The notes under the pieces are model-generated. The model was not told the DNA's origin. It did not search any database and worked only from the letters and a program-made list of their open reading frames with translations. From NCBI GenBank assembly GCA_002269645.1, contig NIVC01000110.1, forward strand, positions 620,001 through 684,000: a stretch of DNA of 64,000 nucleotides, read 5' to 3'. This document shows, one piece after another, positions 1 to 10,180 of this stretch. Every line of letters begins with the position of its first letter. Within the stretch, counting starts at the first letter, position 1. The position numbers and the translations under genes are program-made. The stretch is from Macrostomum lignano (lineage: Eukaryota).

Positions 1-510
1 GGAACAGCGCCGACAGAGCAGTGGGAGTATCGATATTCTTTAATTGAATTTGTAGGACAATTCGGACACTTAATAGCAACCAACGCTGGCAAAGTCACCG
101 GAGAGTCACGAAGACGACAGGAATGGGGTCTCACGGGGGTCCGAATAAATAGGCAGCAAACTGGGGGTTGAGGGCGCGGGATAAAGGCAGAAAAGGGGGC
201 TTAGACAACAGCATGGGACACACATGAGCCGTACCAGCCAATCGCCGGGGCGCAGCACGGCAGACTGGGACTGGCAGCCAATCACTATCTACAGGGGCGG
301 GGCGGCTAGGCTAACAAAATAATGGGGGGGGGGTCGCACGCAGAGAATGGGGTTGAATAACAGACAAGGCCTAGGCAGAGAGGGGGGAGGTACGCACGCG
401 CAGAAGTGAAGGGGGTGAGTCAGAAAATATCTGAGGAGGGGGGAGAGGCCGGCCAGACTGGCCCGGCGTAGAATAGTGCACTCAACTCAAGTTACCAGTA
501 CAATTACACA
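1..510 (-). mobile_element. Possible LTR-like segment of an unidentified retroelement, running off the left edge
   Basis: Read on the minus strand it starts TGT(GT)AATTG at 508-510 and has ATTAAA near the window edge. It is rich in CCAAT/GGGCGG motifs and abuts a BEL/Pao relic. No partner LTR or TSD is visible. Confidence 0.25.
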
Positions 511-519
511 TTCATGACA

Positions 520-1290
520 TTTGGATTATAAAAGCTCGAAAAAAGGTTAGCTGTCAGCAACAGGCAACACAGGTATCCGACTAAAAGGATTGCCGCAAAA
601 AGCAAACCAGCAGGCTCAGTTGCCATCGTTGCGACTTGAAACGTCAAGAGCATTCCAGTATGTTGGCCTCGACTAATGCGGTCCGCTGCAGTACCGCAGG
701 GGGGGGGGTGACTTCCAGCACAAGGCCTGCATTCCACTATTTGCATGCTGTTCTCCTCAAAGTAGTACCAGACCGGATCATCCAGTCGTTTCTATAGAGT
801 CTACGTCGATTCTGTGCTTTCGTCGTGGCATTCTGTCGATAATTTCGGACAACTTCAAGACGTTCCACGCGGCTGTACGATTGCTTGACCCTCAAACGGT
901 ACCACTGCAGACTACCGATGATCAGAAGCTCTTAGCTGCCAAAAGAACCACGGCTAAGCAGCAGACTACATGTAGACAAACGTAGAAGACACAACCGAGT
1001 TACCGCTGTCACGACGGTAATGCACAGCTTCAACAACTTTTACTGCAACCTTGGTACTCCGGAATCCATGAACAACACCACATCGCCGACTTGGACCTCG
1101 CGATCCTGCAATCCTACGAACGTCTACTAGGCGTCGTGAAAGCAGAGAAAATATTGGCGATGGATTCTGGAGTAGCAAGGTTGCAGTGGAATTTGTTGGT
1201 GAAGCTGTTCCTCACGGTCGTGACGGCATGGCTCAGTCCCGTCTCTTCCGTTCGTCCCGTCTGCTGCCTCCTTAGTTCCGTCGGCCGGTG
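520..1290 (+). pseudogene. Degenerate BEL/Pao retrotransposon pol fragment (integrase core and DUF5641-like tail)
   Basis: Frame-broken motifs in BEL order: WIIKARKKV; LPSLRLETSRAFQYVGLD*CGPL; LFAC; RRFCA..RRGILSIISDNFKTF; YERLLGVVK; MDSGVARLQW..GRDG. Stops, frameshifts and deletions are present. Confidence 0.75.
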
Positions 1291-1564
1291 ACATTGCTGG
1301 TTCGTGTGGAGATGTCCGAGCGTATTTAGTTTCTATAGTTATTTAATCCAGTTTTCATCATGGGACTTCAAAAAGCAGTCTTAGTAAAGTGAGCAGGCAC
1401 TGGCGTCGTATGACGGTGCGAACATTGGTCCCGACATTCTCTGTGCCCGTAAGACTCATCTACGGGCGTAAGTATGACATCAAACAAAGCAATACTAAGC
1501 TGAAAGTCAGTTTTTATTTCAAGCCAGATGCTACAGAGGACAAGGTCTGAGACATATGTAAAAA

Positions 1565-1645
1565 AGCGAGAGAGATAGAGAGAGAGAGAGAGAAAGAGGG
1601 GAGAGAGAGAGGTAGACAGAGGTAGACAGTCAGAGAGACAGACAG

Positions 1646-1687
<42 letters not shown>
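1565..1687. repeat. (GA)n/(GACA)n microsatellite
   Basis: Directly visible. Confidence 0.95.
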
Positions 1688-1688
<1 letters not shown>

Positions 1689-1984
1689 TGTTGCCTATGA
1701 AGCGGACTGTGATTCAGCTAACGGAAGGCAAAGAGAAGGTCTTCCATATTGTAGCAACAAGTCTGCCTGCGTTAGGCTTGTCTAGAATTCCTCTGTTCCA
1801 GGCTCTTATATTTCCTAGTTGCGGGCTTGGCTCTCAGCATAAAGAAAATACAGTAAATACAAAATATATAGCATTCTATGACATAGACAGAAACACGCAC
1901 ACACACAGTCTTTGCTTGACTGCTAACCTTGAGGCTAGAGTCAAAAATAAAATGATAGAGTGCGCAGTCTCAGTCACAGTCGCA

Positions 1985-1986
1985 CA

Positions 1987-2031
<45 letters not shown>

Positions 2032-2056
2032 CACACACACACAAGAACAACAACAA

Positions 2057-2091
<35 letters not shown>

Positions 2092-2186
2092 GCAACAAGA
2101 ACAACAAGAACAAGAACAACAACAACAACACCAACAGCAACAACAACAACAACAACTACAACAACAACAACAACAACAACAACAGC

Positions 2187-2221
<35 letters not shown>

Positions 2222-2298
2222 AAACAACAACAACAACAAAAGCAACAACAACAGCAACAACAACAACAACAACAACAACAAAAAACAACAACAACAAC
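1985..2298. repeat. Compound (GACA)n-(CA)n-(CAA)n microsatellite
   Basis: Directly visible; explains the polyQ/polyT/polyV/polyL ORFs. Confidence 0.95.
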
Positions 2299-2934
2299 AG
2301 ACTAGCAGTGCACACAACAACAGGCTAGCAGTGTAACGAGCTAGCCAAAAGATTCGTTTGCAGTTCAGCTAGAAAAGCATTCCAGAAGCATCCGGTCAAA
2401 GTGTGAAAAACATTGACGACTGGCAATTTCAAAAGACAGGATTCCAGGCCAAACACCTCTCAAGCGCGAAATGAAGCAGTGACTGAAGAGTCTCACTGAA
2501 CGCAACTAGCATGCACAGAGCAGTTCAACTTGGAAAACTGATCTTTCAGCACCAAGGGCTGTGCTAGACTCAACCAAAGAAAGTAATGGACAAAATGTTG
2601 TTCAGCAGCCCTGATTGACAACTCCTCCTATAAAATTATATACAAACTGGCACAGTTCAGTACAAATGGTTTGAAGTTGCTCTTACAGAGAGTCTGAGTT
2701 ACGGAAGAGAACAGCTGAAGCGATCGAAACTAAAAATAGAAAATTGTTGTATCGGAGACAAAAATATGCAAACCACACTCCAAATGCTGTGACAAGCAAA
2801 CAGGCAAGCTGGGTGGAGCCCTGGAGAAGCTTCTCGACAAAAAATTAAAGAAAAATTAAAGCAACGCTTCATGACAAAGCAACAAAAGATGGGAAAGACA
2901 ACCGCCTTTTAGTACCTGAAACTTGCCTAACTCG

Positions 2935-3083
2935 AGAACCATAGACCCAATCTGGCATTGTCTGACTCCAGAACCATGGACACAATCTGCCATTGTCTGA
3001 CTCCAGAACCATGGACACAATCTGGCATTGTCTGACTTCACAACCATAGACACAATCTGCCATTGTCTGACTGCATAACCATA
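2935..3083. repeat. 35-bp minisatellite (CCATAGACACAATCTGGCATTGTCTGACTCCAGAA), left part
   Basis: About 4 units ending at the Gypsy 5' LTR; the same array resumes at 7505. Confidence 0.9.
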
Positions 3084-3265
3084 TGTAATATTTTATTCCT
3101 TGCCTTAGAGGCAGTCTGAACTGTTAGCAATCATGACAAATAATTAGCTGAATCATCGTATTGATTTAATGTACGTTCGCTCTCTATGTACATCGCAGGC
3201 TTAACTTCAACTTGCATAAATAAAGCGATCACTGCCTCACGGGGCCTTCGTGTTTTTGGTGCTGC
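3084..3265 (+). repeat. 5' LTR (lacks the final 18 nt present in the 3' LTR)
   Basis: Identical to 7305-7486 on base-by-base reading; diverges after TGGTGCTGC. Confidence 0.92.
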
Positions 3266-3271
3266 AGAGTG
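3257..3271 (+). promoter_or_regulatory. Putative primer-binding site TGGTGCTGCAGAGTG
   Basis: Starts with TGG and lies just upstream of the gag ATG (3276); the matching tRNA was not identified. Confidence 0.45.
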
Positions 3272-3275
3272 TACT

Positions 3276-4068
3276 ATGGCAGAGGGCGGCAGTCACCGTG
3301 CGATTCCTAGTGCGTTCAGCTCAGGCAACTTTAAGGAGTGGCTCCAGCGGTTTGAGCTGTGCGCGGCAGCCAACAAGTGGGTAAATGACAAGCATTTGCA
3401 CCTGCCAACGTTTTTGGATGGTGAGGCTCTGGCTGTTTTTCTTGAGCTCGACGAGAATAGCAAGAGCGACTACAGCAAAGTGACCAAAGCTCTGAGCCAG
3501 GCATTTCACCCGGACAGCCAGAAATTCTCAGCGCTGGATGCATTTGAGAGCCGGAAGCTGCTGCCGGGCGAATCTCCTCGGCTCTTTTCTCTATCACCTG
3601 AAGCAGCTGCTAAAGGACGCGGGCATCAGCGAGGCAGGCGCAACGGCCACCATGCTGACTCACCAGTTCATCCGCGGACTGCCGGAGGACATCAGCAAGC
3701 AGATCAGAGCGGACGCGTCAGCCAAGACCGTGAGTGACGCTCTCGCACGGGCACAACTGCTACTGGAGCTGCCTTCTGCCACCACGGACGGATTCAAGCA
3801 GCCTCTTGCAGCGGCAGCCGGAGCTGCAGGCAGCGCGGAGACTGCAGAACTGCGGGCTGCGGTCAGCTCGCTGCAGGCGACCGTCCAAGACCTGGCGGCG
3901 AAGCTGGGCTCAGAGGTTTCGGACTCCTGCGCGATTCGCAGTGCGAGGAGACAGCGCGAGGTGACCTGCTGGAACTGCCACCGCCGCGGTCACATCGCCA
4001 GGAACTGCAATCAGCCGTCGGGAAACGGCACAGGCCGGGGCAGAGCCCGCACCCCTGGCCAGTTCTGA
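3276..4068 (+). CDS. gag: Gag with CCHC zinc knuckle, interrupted by a +1 nt frameshift in TTTT at 3585-3588
   Basis: MAEGG..WLQRFELCAAANKW..LPTFLDGEAL; removing one T gives ESPRLFLYHLKQLL; CWNCHRRGHIARNC knuckle. Confidence 0.88.
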
Positions 4069-4076
4069 GCGCGGGC
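4020..4076 (+). promoter_or_regulatory. -1 programmed ribosomal frameshift signal (G GGA AAC plus H-type pseudoknot)
   Basis: Slippery heptamer at 4020-4026 in the gag frame; the -1 frame is open into pol; stem 1 is 4033-4040/4053-4060 and stem 2 is 4045-4050/4071-4076. Confidence 0.8.
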
Positions 4077-6248
4077 CCCAGCGTGAGTGGGTTGTTCCTG
4101 GGCGCAGAGGGGAGCGGTGCAGCCAGCAGCAGCGCAGCGGCAGTCGTCATCAGGCCGAACTCGGCGACATCCAAGCTGCAGTGCAGGATCGGAGGCGCGG
4201 ACGTCACGGCGCTTATCGACTCAGGCAGCCAGGTGTCAATCGTGGACAAGCGGGTCCTGCAGAGCATGCGGCCAGCTCAGCTGGAGAGCGTGCACCTGGA
4301 GCTGCGGGCAGTCAACCAGCAAGCGGTGCCGGTGCGGCAGGTGGCCAGCCTGGCGGTGTCGCTCGGTGGCATCGAGCGGCGGCACCCGTTTTACGTGTCT
4401 GAAGGTCTGGTTGCTGCCGTCATCATCGGGCTGGACTTCATCAAGGCCTGCAACATGTGCCTGGACTTCAGCGACAGTGCAGCAGAGACCCCATCAAAGG
4501 ACTCTTGTGTGATCAACGGCGTGAGTCACCTCGATGCTGACAGTCAGCTCGAGGACATTGAAGAGAAGCTGGTGCCGGATTTTACCAAGGAGGAGATCGA
4601 CCTGCCAGTCGCGGAGGACCCGGACATCCGAGCTTTGGTGCGCGAGTTCAGCGACATTTTCACCAGGCGGCCAGGGCTGACGGATCGACACGAGCACAGC
4701 ATCCCGCTGACTGACGATGTCCCGGTGCGGATTCCGCCGAGGAAGCTGCCGGTGCACTGGGAGCCCGAGGTGAGGAAGTTGATTCAGGAGCTGCTGGACA
4801 ATGACGTCATCGAGGAGTCGGACAGCCCGTACGTGGCGACCCCAGTGTACGTGCGGAAGAAGAACGGTGACCTGCGGTTGACGATCGATTACCGCGAGCT
4901 GAACAAGAAGACGGTGCGGTCAGCGCAGGGCATTCCGCAGATGGACTTCGTCAAGGACAAGTTGGCTGGCAACAAGATTTTCTCGGTGATCGACCTGAAC
5001 GGCGGCTACTTCCAAATTCCGATGAAGCCGGAAGACAAGCAGAAGACGGCCTTCAGCCCAGGGCCCGGAATGCCGCTGTACCAGTTCAAGCGGATGCCGC
5101 AGGGCGTCTGCGGCGGCCCGAGCTCGTTCACCATCCTAATGAACCGCGTGTTCAAAGGCGCCGCGCAGACCTTCACCTACATGGACGACACGCTGTGCTT
5201 CTCCAGATCGAAGGCTGAGCATCTCCGGCACCTGCGAGAAGTCTTCGAGAAGATCAGAGGCGCTGGGCTCACCGTCCGAGGCAGCAAGTGCCAGCTAGGC
5301 CTGCCGGAGGTCACTTTTCTCGGCACCGTGTTCTCGGCTAAGGGTGCCACCGTGAGCCCTGAGAAGGTGCGCGCTATCCAGGAGTGGCCGATACCGCATT
5401 CGCCAACGCAGGTGCGGCAGTTCCTGGGCCTCTGCAACCAGTACAGGAAGTACGTGCCGAGCTTCTCCGACATCGCCGGGCCGCTGCACAGACTGACGAG
5501 CAAAACAGAGAAGTTCGAGTGGACCAGCGAGTGCGGCACGGCATTCCGACGTCTCAAGGAGGCCCTGCAGCAGCCGCCGATCATCGGCCACCCGGATTTC
5601 TCCAAGGAGTTCCAGCTCTACACGGATGCCAGCAACACCGGAGTCGGCATCGTGCTCAAGCAAGGAGACCAGGTGATTGAGTACTGCAGCAGAGCGCTTA
5701 CGGCTCCGGAGAAGGGCTACTCAACTGTCGAGAAGGAGTGCCTGGCTATCCTGCACGCCCTGAAGACCTACAGGCACTACCTGCTTGGCCGGCACTTCAC
5801 GGTCTTCACCGACCACTGCCCGCTCACGTTTCTGAATTCTCAGCGGGTCGACAGCCATGGCCGGCTTGGGCGCTGGCGGTTGCTGCTGCAGGAGTTCGCC
5901 TTCACCATCAAGTATACCAAGGGCGTCGACAACGTGGAGGCGGACGGCCTGTCCAGGATGCACGAAAGCCACGGCGAGGTGATCGGAGCGTCGGCAACGG
6001 AGCTACAGCCGAAGGTGTCCAATCAGGAGATGCGGCAGGCGCAACTTGCCGATCCGAAGCTCAAGCTGGTCCTCGCGGCGCTGGAGAAGGACAGCACGAC
6101 GCCACCAAGATGGTCGGACACCAGCCTGAGACACCTCAGCCGCATCTGGCGGAAGCTGAGGATCCAAGATGGCTTTCTCTGCCGGGCATTCAACGACGAG
6201 AGATGCCGATCGGCAAGCCCTGGCAGACTGTGGCCATCGACGTGCTGA
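4020..6248 (+). CDS. pol: Pol: aspartic protease, reverse transcriptase, RNase H
   Basis: ALIDSGS protease motif; LRLTIDYRELN, KTAF, YMDD (5178-5189); TDAS, EKECLA, TDH RNase H motifs. Confidence 0.95.
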   Translation, partial: GKRHRPGQSPHPWPVLSAGPSVSGLFLGAEGSGAASSSAAAVVIRPNSATSKLQCRIGGADVTALIDSGSQVSIVDKRVLQSMRPAQLESVHLELRAVNQQAVPVRQVASLAVSLGGIERRHPFYVSEGLVAAVIIGLDFIKACNMCLDFSDSAAETPSKDSCVINGVSHLDADSQLEDIEEKLVPDFTKEEIDLPVAEDPDIRALVREFSDIFTRRPGLTDRHEHSIPLTDDVPVRIPPRKLPVHWEPEVRKLIQELLDNDVIEESDSPYVATPVYVRKKNGDLRLTIDYRELNKKTVRSAQGIPQMDFVKDKLAGNKIFSVIDLNGGYFQIPMKPEDKQKTAFSPGPGMPLYQFKRMPQGVCGGPSSFTILMNRVFKGAAQTFTYMDDTLCFSRSKAEHLRHLREVFEKIRGAGLTVRGSKCQLGLPEVTFLGTVFSAKGATVSPEKVRAIQEWPIPHSPTQVRQFLGLCNQYRKYVPSFSDIAGPLHRLTSKTEKFEWTSECGTAFRRLKEALQQPPIIGHPDFSKEFQLYTDASNTGVGIVLKQGDQVIEYCSRALTAPEKGYSTVEKECLAILHALKTYRHYLLGRHFTVFTDHCPLTFLNSQRVDSHGRLGRWRLLLQEFAFTIKYTKGVDNVEADGLSRMHESHGEVIGASATELQPKVSNQEMRQAQLADPKLKLVLAALEKDSTTPPRWSDTSLRHLSRIWRKLRIQDGFLCRAFNDERCRSASPGRLWPSTC

Positions 6249-7165
6249 AGGTGCCGCTGTCAGACCGCGGCAACAGCTACCTGCTGGTGATGCAGGACCA
6301 GTTCTCCAAGTTCCTGACCGCCATGCCGATGCCAGACCAGACTGCCAAGACCATCGCGGACGCTGCAGTCAAGGTTTTCTCGCTGTTCGGAGTTCCATCG
6401 GTCATCCACTCGGATCAGGGCGCGAACTTCGAGAGCGAGCTGTTCCAGGAGACGCTGCGAGCGCTGGGTATCAGGAAGACGCGCACATCGCCCTACCATC
6501 CGCAGGGAAACGGCCTTGTGGAGCGCGGCAACAAGTCGCTGTTGCAACTGCTGCGGCTGTTCACCGAGAGTGAGTCCAGCTGGGAGGAGCAGCTGCCGCT
6601 GGTGGTCCTGTCCTACAACTCCAGGGTCCACAGCTCAACCAAGGTGACGCCGCTGACTGTGATGACCGGCCGCGACCCGCAGCTTCCACCACAGGTGCAG
6701 GCCAGCGAGCAGCAGTATGACATCGGCACCTACTCGGCGCTGCTGGAGCGTCGGTTGGCCCGCATTCGCGAGTTCGTTGAGGAAAACCTGGTGGCCGCCG
6801 GACAGCAACAGAAGGCGGCGCACGACAAGAAGGCGTCGGACCTGCCGCAGTTTCCGCAAGGCACCGAGGTGTTGCTCAGCATCGAGATGCGGCGATCGAA
6901 GCTGGCGCCGTACTGGGAGCCGGGCTGGACGGTGCTCGAGCAGCGCGGCCACTCGGTGCGCATCCGCCGCGCCTTCGGCATTCGGCCGGTCCGCTGGGTG
7001 CACGTGAACCGGCTGCGCAGGCGGCTCGCAGCCCAGGCCGATGCGGAGCAGCTCCGCGAGCAGCCGGTGACCCACGAGGTCGCCCCGGAGTCGAGCCAGG
7101 CCGAGCGGCGGTACCCGGCCAGGGTGCGGCGCCCTCCGGACTACCTCGGTGTGAGCGCTGAGTGA
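6203..7165 (+). CDS. pol: Integrase core and C-terminal SH3-like domain, out of frame with RT-RH and missing its HHCC zinc finger
   Basis: PWQTVAID, HSDQG, YHPQGNGLVER (DDE triad); WVHVNRLR; RRYPARVRRPPDYL tail; junction at about 6198-6203. Confidence 0.9.
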   Translation: MPIGKPWQTVAIDVLKVPLSDRGNSYLLVMQDQFSKFLTAMPMPDQTAKTIADAAVKVFSLFGVPSVIHSDQGANFESELFQETLRALGIRKTRTSPYHPQGNGLVERGNKSLLQLLRLFTESESSWEEQLPLVVLSYNSRVHSSTKVTPLTVMTGRDPQLPPQVQASEQQYDIGTYSALLERRLARIREFVEENLVAAGQQQKAAHDKKASDLPQFPQGTEVLLSIEMRRSKLAPYWEPGWTVLEQRGHSVRIRRAFGIRPVRWVHVNRLRRRLAAQADAEQLREQPVTHEVAPESSQAERRYPARVRRPPDYLGVSAE

Positions 7166-7294
7166 CTGAGGCCATGGACTGTCAGAGACTGTGATTGAAC
7201 CGATTTTACTGTCTGCGTTCCTCTTTTTACTCTACATTTCGCTAGCTGTGTCTCACTCTCATCTTTTTATTCCCTGTCGCTATGCTCCTTTTGT

Positions 7295-7304
7295 GGGGGA
7301 GAAA
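7295..7304 (+). promoter_or_regulatory. Polypurine tract GGGGGAGAAA
   Basis: Immediately 5' of the 3' LTR. Confidence 0.85.
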
Positions 7305-7504
7305 TGTAATATTTTATTCCTTGCCTTAGAGGCAGTCTGAACTGTTAGCAATCATGACAAATAATTAGCTGAATCATCGTATTGATTTAATGTACGTTCG
7401 CTCTCTATGTACATCGCAGGCTTAACTTCAACTTGCATAAATAAAGCGATCACTGCCTCACGGGGCCTTCGTGTTTTTGGTGCTGCCAAATACCGCGTGT
7501 TACA
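7305..7504 (+). repeat. 3' LTR, 200 bp
   Basis: TGTAAT...GTGTTACA, contains AATAAA, followed by TSD CATA. Confidence 0.95.
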
Positions 7505-7628
7505 CATAGACACAATTTGGCATTGTCTGACTGCACAACCATAGACACAATCTGCCATTTTCTAACTCCAGAACCATAGACACAATCTGCCATTTTCTAA
7601 CTCCAGAACCATAGACACAATCTGCCAT
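7505..7628. repeat. 35-bp minisatellite, right part
   Basis: Continuation of the array at 2935-3083. Confidence 0.9.
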
Positions 7629-7959
7629 TATTTTAATACCTCATGAAAGTAGCTGACGACCAGTTAGACAAATGGAAGGGCAGGCTCTTTAGTGGTTGTA
7701 AAACTGAACCGCAGTATCATTCAAGCATTCAACAAAAATTGTCACAGCCTTTGTGTGGAGCTATAAAAATGCAGGCCTACTCAGATTCAACGGCATTTGG
7801 TGCGGCTGTGAATTCTGCAATGTGAATTCTAGTCAAAAAGCGCTGCTTAAAATCGTACAAGAACAAGTGCTACATGTGACTGACAGCTGCATCACAGCTC
7901 TGCACAAATCAAGTGCTGCCGCAAGCTGAATCAGGTGATTGAAACGGCCAAAAATTTAG

Positions 7960-8592
7960 TGTTGTGTCCCGAGACGGACCAGCCGGCATGTTCCGCGCTC
8001 GGTACGAGCAGGGAGAGTCAACACTAACGCGCAAGCAGTAGACTCGCAACCAGGCTTGCATCGAAGGCACAGGCCCGGGTGACAATGCCCTAAGTGAACC
8101 CGAAAGAACAGAGGCAGGCCGGACGAGCGGCGCTGACGCAAATAAATTGTACAGGCTTGAGGTGGGGCTAAAACTGCAGGGTAAGAGAAACGGCGGGGTG
8201 GGGCAGAGAGAGAGGATTGGCTGCAGTCACGCTAAACACAACTGGGGTAGAAAAACTAGGGGGACAGGCGACAAGGAGCCAGCCAATGGGAAGGCACGGC
8301 GATTAAGGAATTATAAGTACAATAATCGGTGGAAGGCGGAGAGAAAATTGCAGACAGTGGCTGCGTAAATATACTAAAACCAATAAATAAATCAATAAAT
8401 CAAATAGGCCCAGTGCAAATGCAACAAAATCTAGTAAATTACATTATGCTATACGAGTATGATGGAGGAGGTGGGGAGGGTCACACAGAGGCAGGCGGAG
8501 AAAAAGCAAGCAGCCAATCATAGCGGGGGAAGATAAAACACAACAATAGGGCGGCTGAAGTACACTGCGAACCAATACATTGGATCACAACA
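7960..8592. mobile_element. Possible solo LTR
   Basis: Termini TGTTGTGTCC...GGATCACAACA (TG..CA, near-perfect inverted ends); CCAAT motifs and AATAAA inside; no TSD seen. Confidence 0.3.
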
Positions 8593-9337
8593 GATCAGGT
8601 GAGATAAGTTTTATAGACTCAGAAAATTATAGACGCAAATTAGCAGTCTGCGCTCCTCATTGAGGAGACCACAAAGAAAGGAATCACAGTGTTTAAATAA
8701 GTATACCCAACATCAGTCAAAAGTTCCACCCGCCAAGCAAAGATGTTTTTATCCACCTTCCACCGTAAATTTTAAATGAGAAGTTTTCTCTCTAAATACG
8801 CGTGATTTTCCCTCAATAGCACTTGACATGCGACACTCACCTCCTACAATACATGATTTCTGCTTTTTGAGGATCTTAAAATGGGGAAATAAAACATCAT
8901 TAAAATGCAAGCGATAGCCTATAAGCCTGACCCGAAAAGTTGGCGATTTTTTTCATATAAATTTCAATGCTGACTCGCGTGTATTTTTGGAGATGCCTGT
9001 CAGAGGAACAACACGTCAACTTTAGTATATAGCAATAAAGAACAGATAGAAGAGAAGAGAAAGAGAGACGAAGAGATGGAGAGAAGGAAATTGCTAGCTA
9101 TGCCTGATGGCATGCGAAGACTGAAGCTCACTCAGAGAAGTAAGACAGTAAGTAGAAGAACCTGAGTCGACCAGCTTCTAGCATGCTGAGCATAGCCAAT
9201 GACAGATGCTTGAAGAACACACCCGGAAGGAATATTTGATAAAATCCACTCAAAATGCAACAAAATGAAAAGATAGACAGCAGCAACGTTTTCCTCTGCA
9301 CTCAAAACTCAACGAAGTGCCTCCACTGTCGAAGAAT

Positions 9338-10180
9338 ATGAAATCCTGTAACTTCGTTCCCCTGCTGCTGCCGCTGCTGCTGCTCCGCCGACCTGCGACC
9401 TGCTGCACGCGGCCCGCCTCCTTCCACTCGATCCTCGCCTCCAACTGCGTGTCGCCAACCCACTACCAGCGGCTCGACCTGGACGTCGCCAACTGCGCCT
9501 TTCGCTGTCGGGCAGCTCTGCGGTGCCGGGCCTTCGCCATGGAGGCCGGACACGCCTCGGACGCTCAGGTCTGCCTGCTGTTCTCCTTCGATGCCTGCAG
9601 CTCGCAGCTGCTGCTCGATGCCAGCTCGATGGCGAGCAGCGGCTGCGCCAGCCGGCAGCTCCGAGTCTTCGTCAAGCAGTCGGAGGGTCTCGAGCCGGGC
9701 CGGCTCTGTCCCGCCGACTATCGCTGGGTGTCCGGCGTCAGCGGCAGCAGCTTCAAGGGCTCGCTGTACAAGGCTGCTGGGAGCGGGCAGGAGGCCAGCT
9801 GGAGTGCTCAGGCCGACAGCTGCCGGAGCTTCTTGAGCAGCTCGGACGGGTCCGCCATGCCGCTGACGAAGCTGGCCGATCTCGGCAGCGTCGAGGAGCT
9901 GCAGGACGTGAAGGCGTCAGTTGGACTTTCCAGCCAGGAAATCTGGGTTGGCGCATCGATTCTGAGCAACGGCAGCTGGGCGTGGGCGGACTGCGGCTGG
10001 CCGCTGCCACTGCTGAGCGCTGCGTATGGCGGAGTCTGGGGGTCAAGCGCTCCTAACGACAATCTACCGAACTCCAACTTACGTGCCAGAATTGTCGGTT
10101 CCGGTCTGGACGACAAGCTGGATTCGGTTAGGTACTACGGAGCCTGCGAATGCCTCGACCCGTTCTGGAGCGACAATTGA
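9338..10180 (+). CDS. Single-exon putative secreted protein: signal peptide, PAN/apple-like module, C-type lectin-like domain
   Basis: MKSCNFVPLLLPLLLL hydrophobic leader; CAFRCRAALRCRAF..CLL; W..C..LADL.S.EE..EIWVG..GSWAWAD..W..PND..LDD..YGACE; GC-rich codon style. Confidence 0.7.
   Translation: MKSCNFVPLLLPLLLLRRPATCCTRPASFHSILASNCVSPTHYQRLDLDVANCAFRCRAALRCRAFAMEAGHASDAQVCLLFSFDACSSQLLLDASSMASSGCASRQLRVFVKQSEGLEPGRLCPADYRWVSGVSGSSFKGSLYKAAGSGQEASWSAQADSCRSFLSSSDGSAMPLTKLADLGSVEELQDVKASVGLSSQEIWVGASILSNGSWAWADCGWPLPLLSAAYGGVWGSSAPNDNLPNSNLRARIVGSGLDDKLDSVRYYGACECLDPFWSDN

Larger units (their letters stand above)
3084..7504 (+). mobile_element. Ty3/Gypsy LTR retrotransposon, recent but defective
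   Basis: TGTAA...TTACA termini; 4-bp TSD CATA (3080-3083 and 7505-7508); 182 bp identical between the LTRs; gag-PR-RT-RH-IN order; PPT before the 3' LTR. Confidence 0.97.

Noticed and set aside
1313-1436. Possible BEL LTR (TGTCCG...CCGACA) and PBS-like TTGGTCCCGA
   Set aside because: No partner LTR or TSD; the two readings conflict, so boundaries cannot be supported
1688-2328. PolyQ/polyT/polyV ORFs
   Set aside because: Products of (CAA)n and (GACA)n microsatellites
2330-2930. Possible decayed transposon coding fragments here and at 7630-7950 and 11180-11740
   Set aside because: No recognisable motif in any frame by eye; would need a translated search
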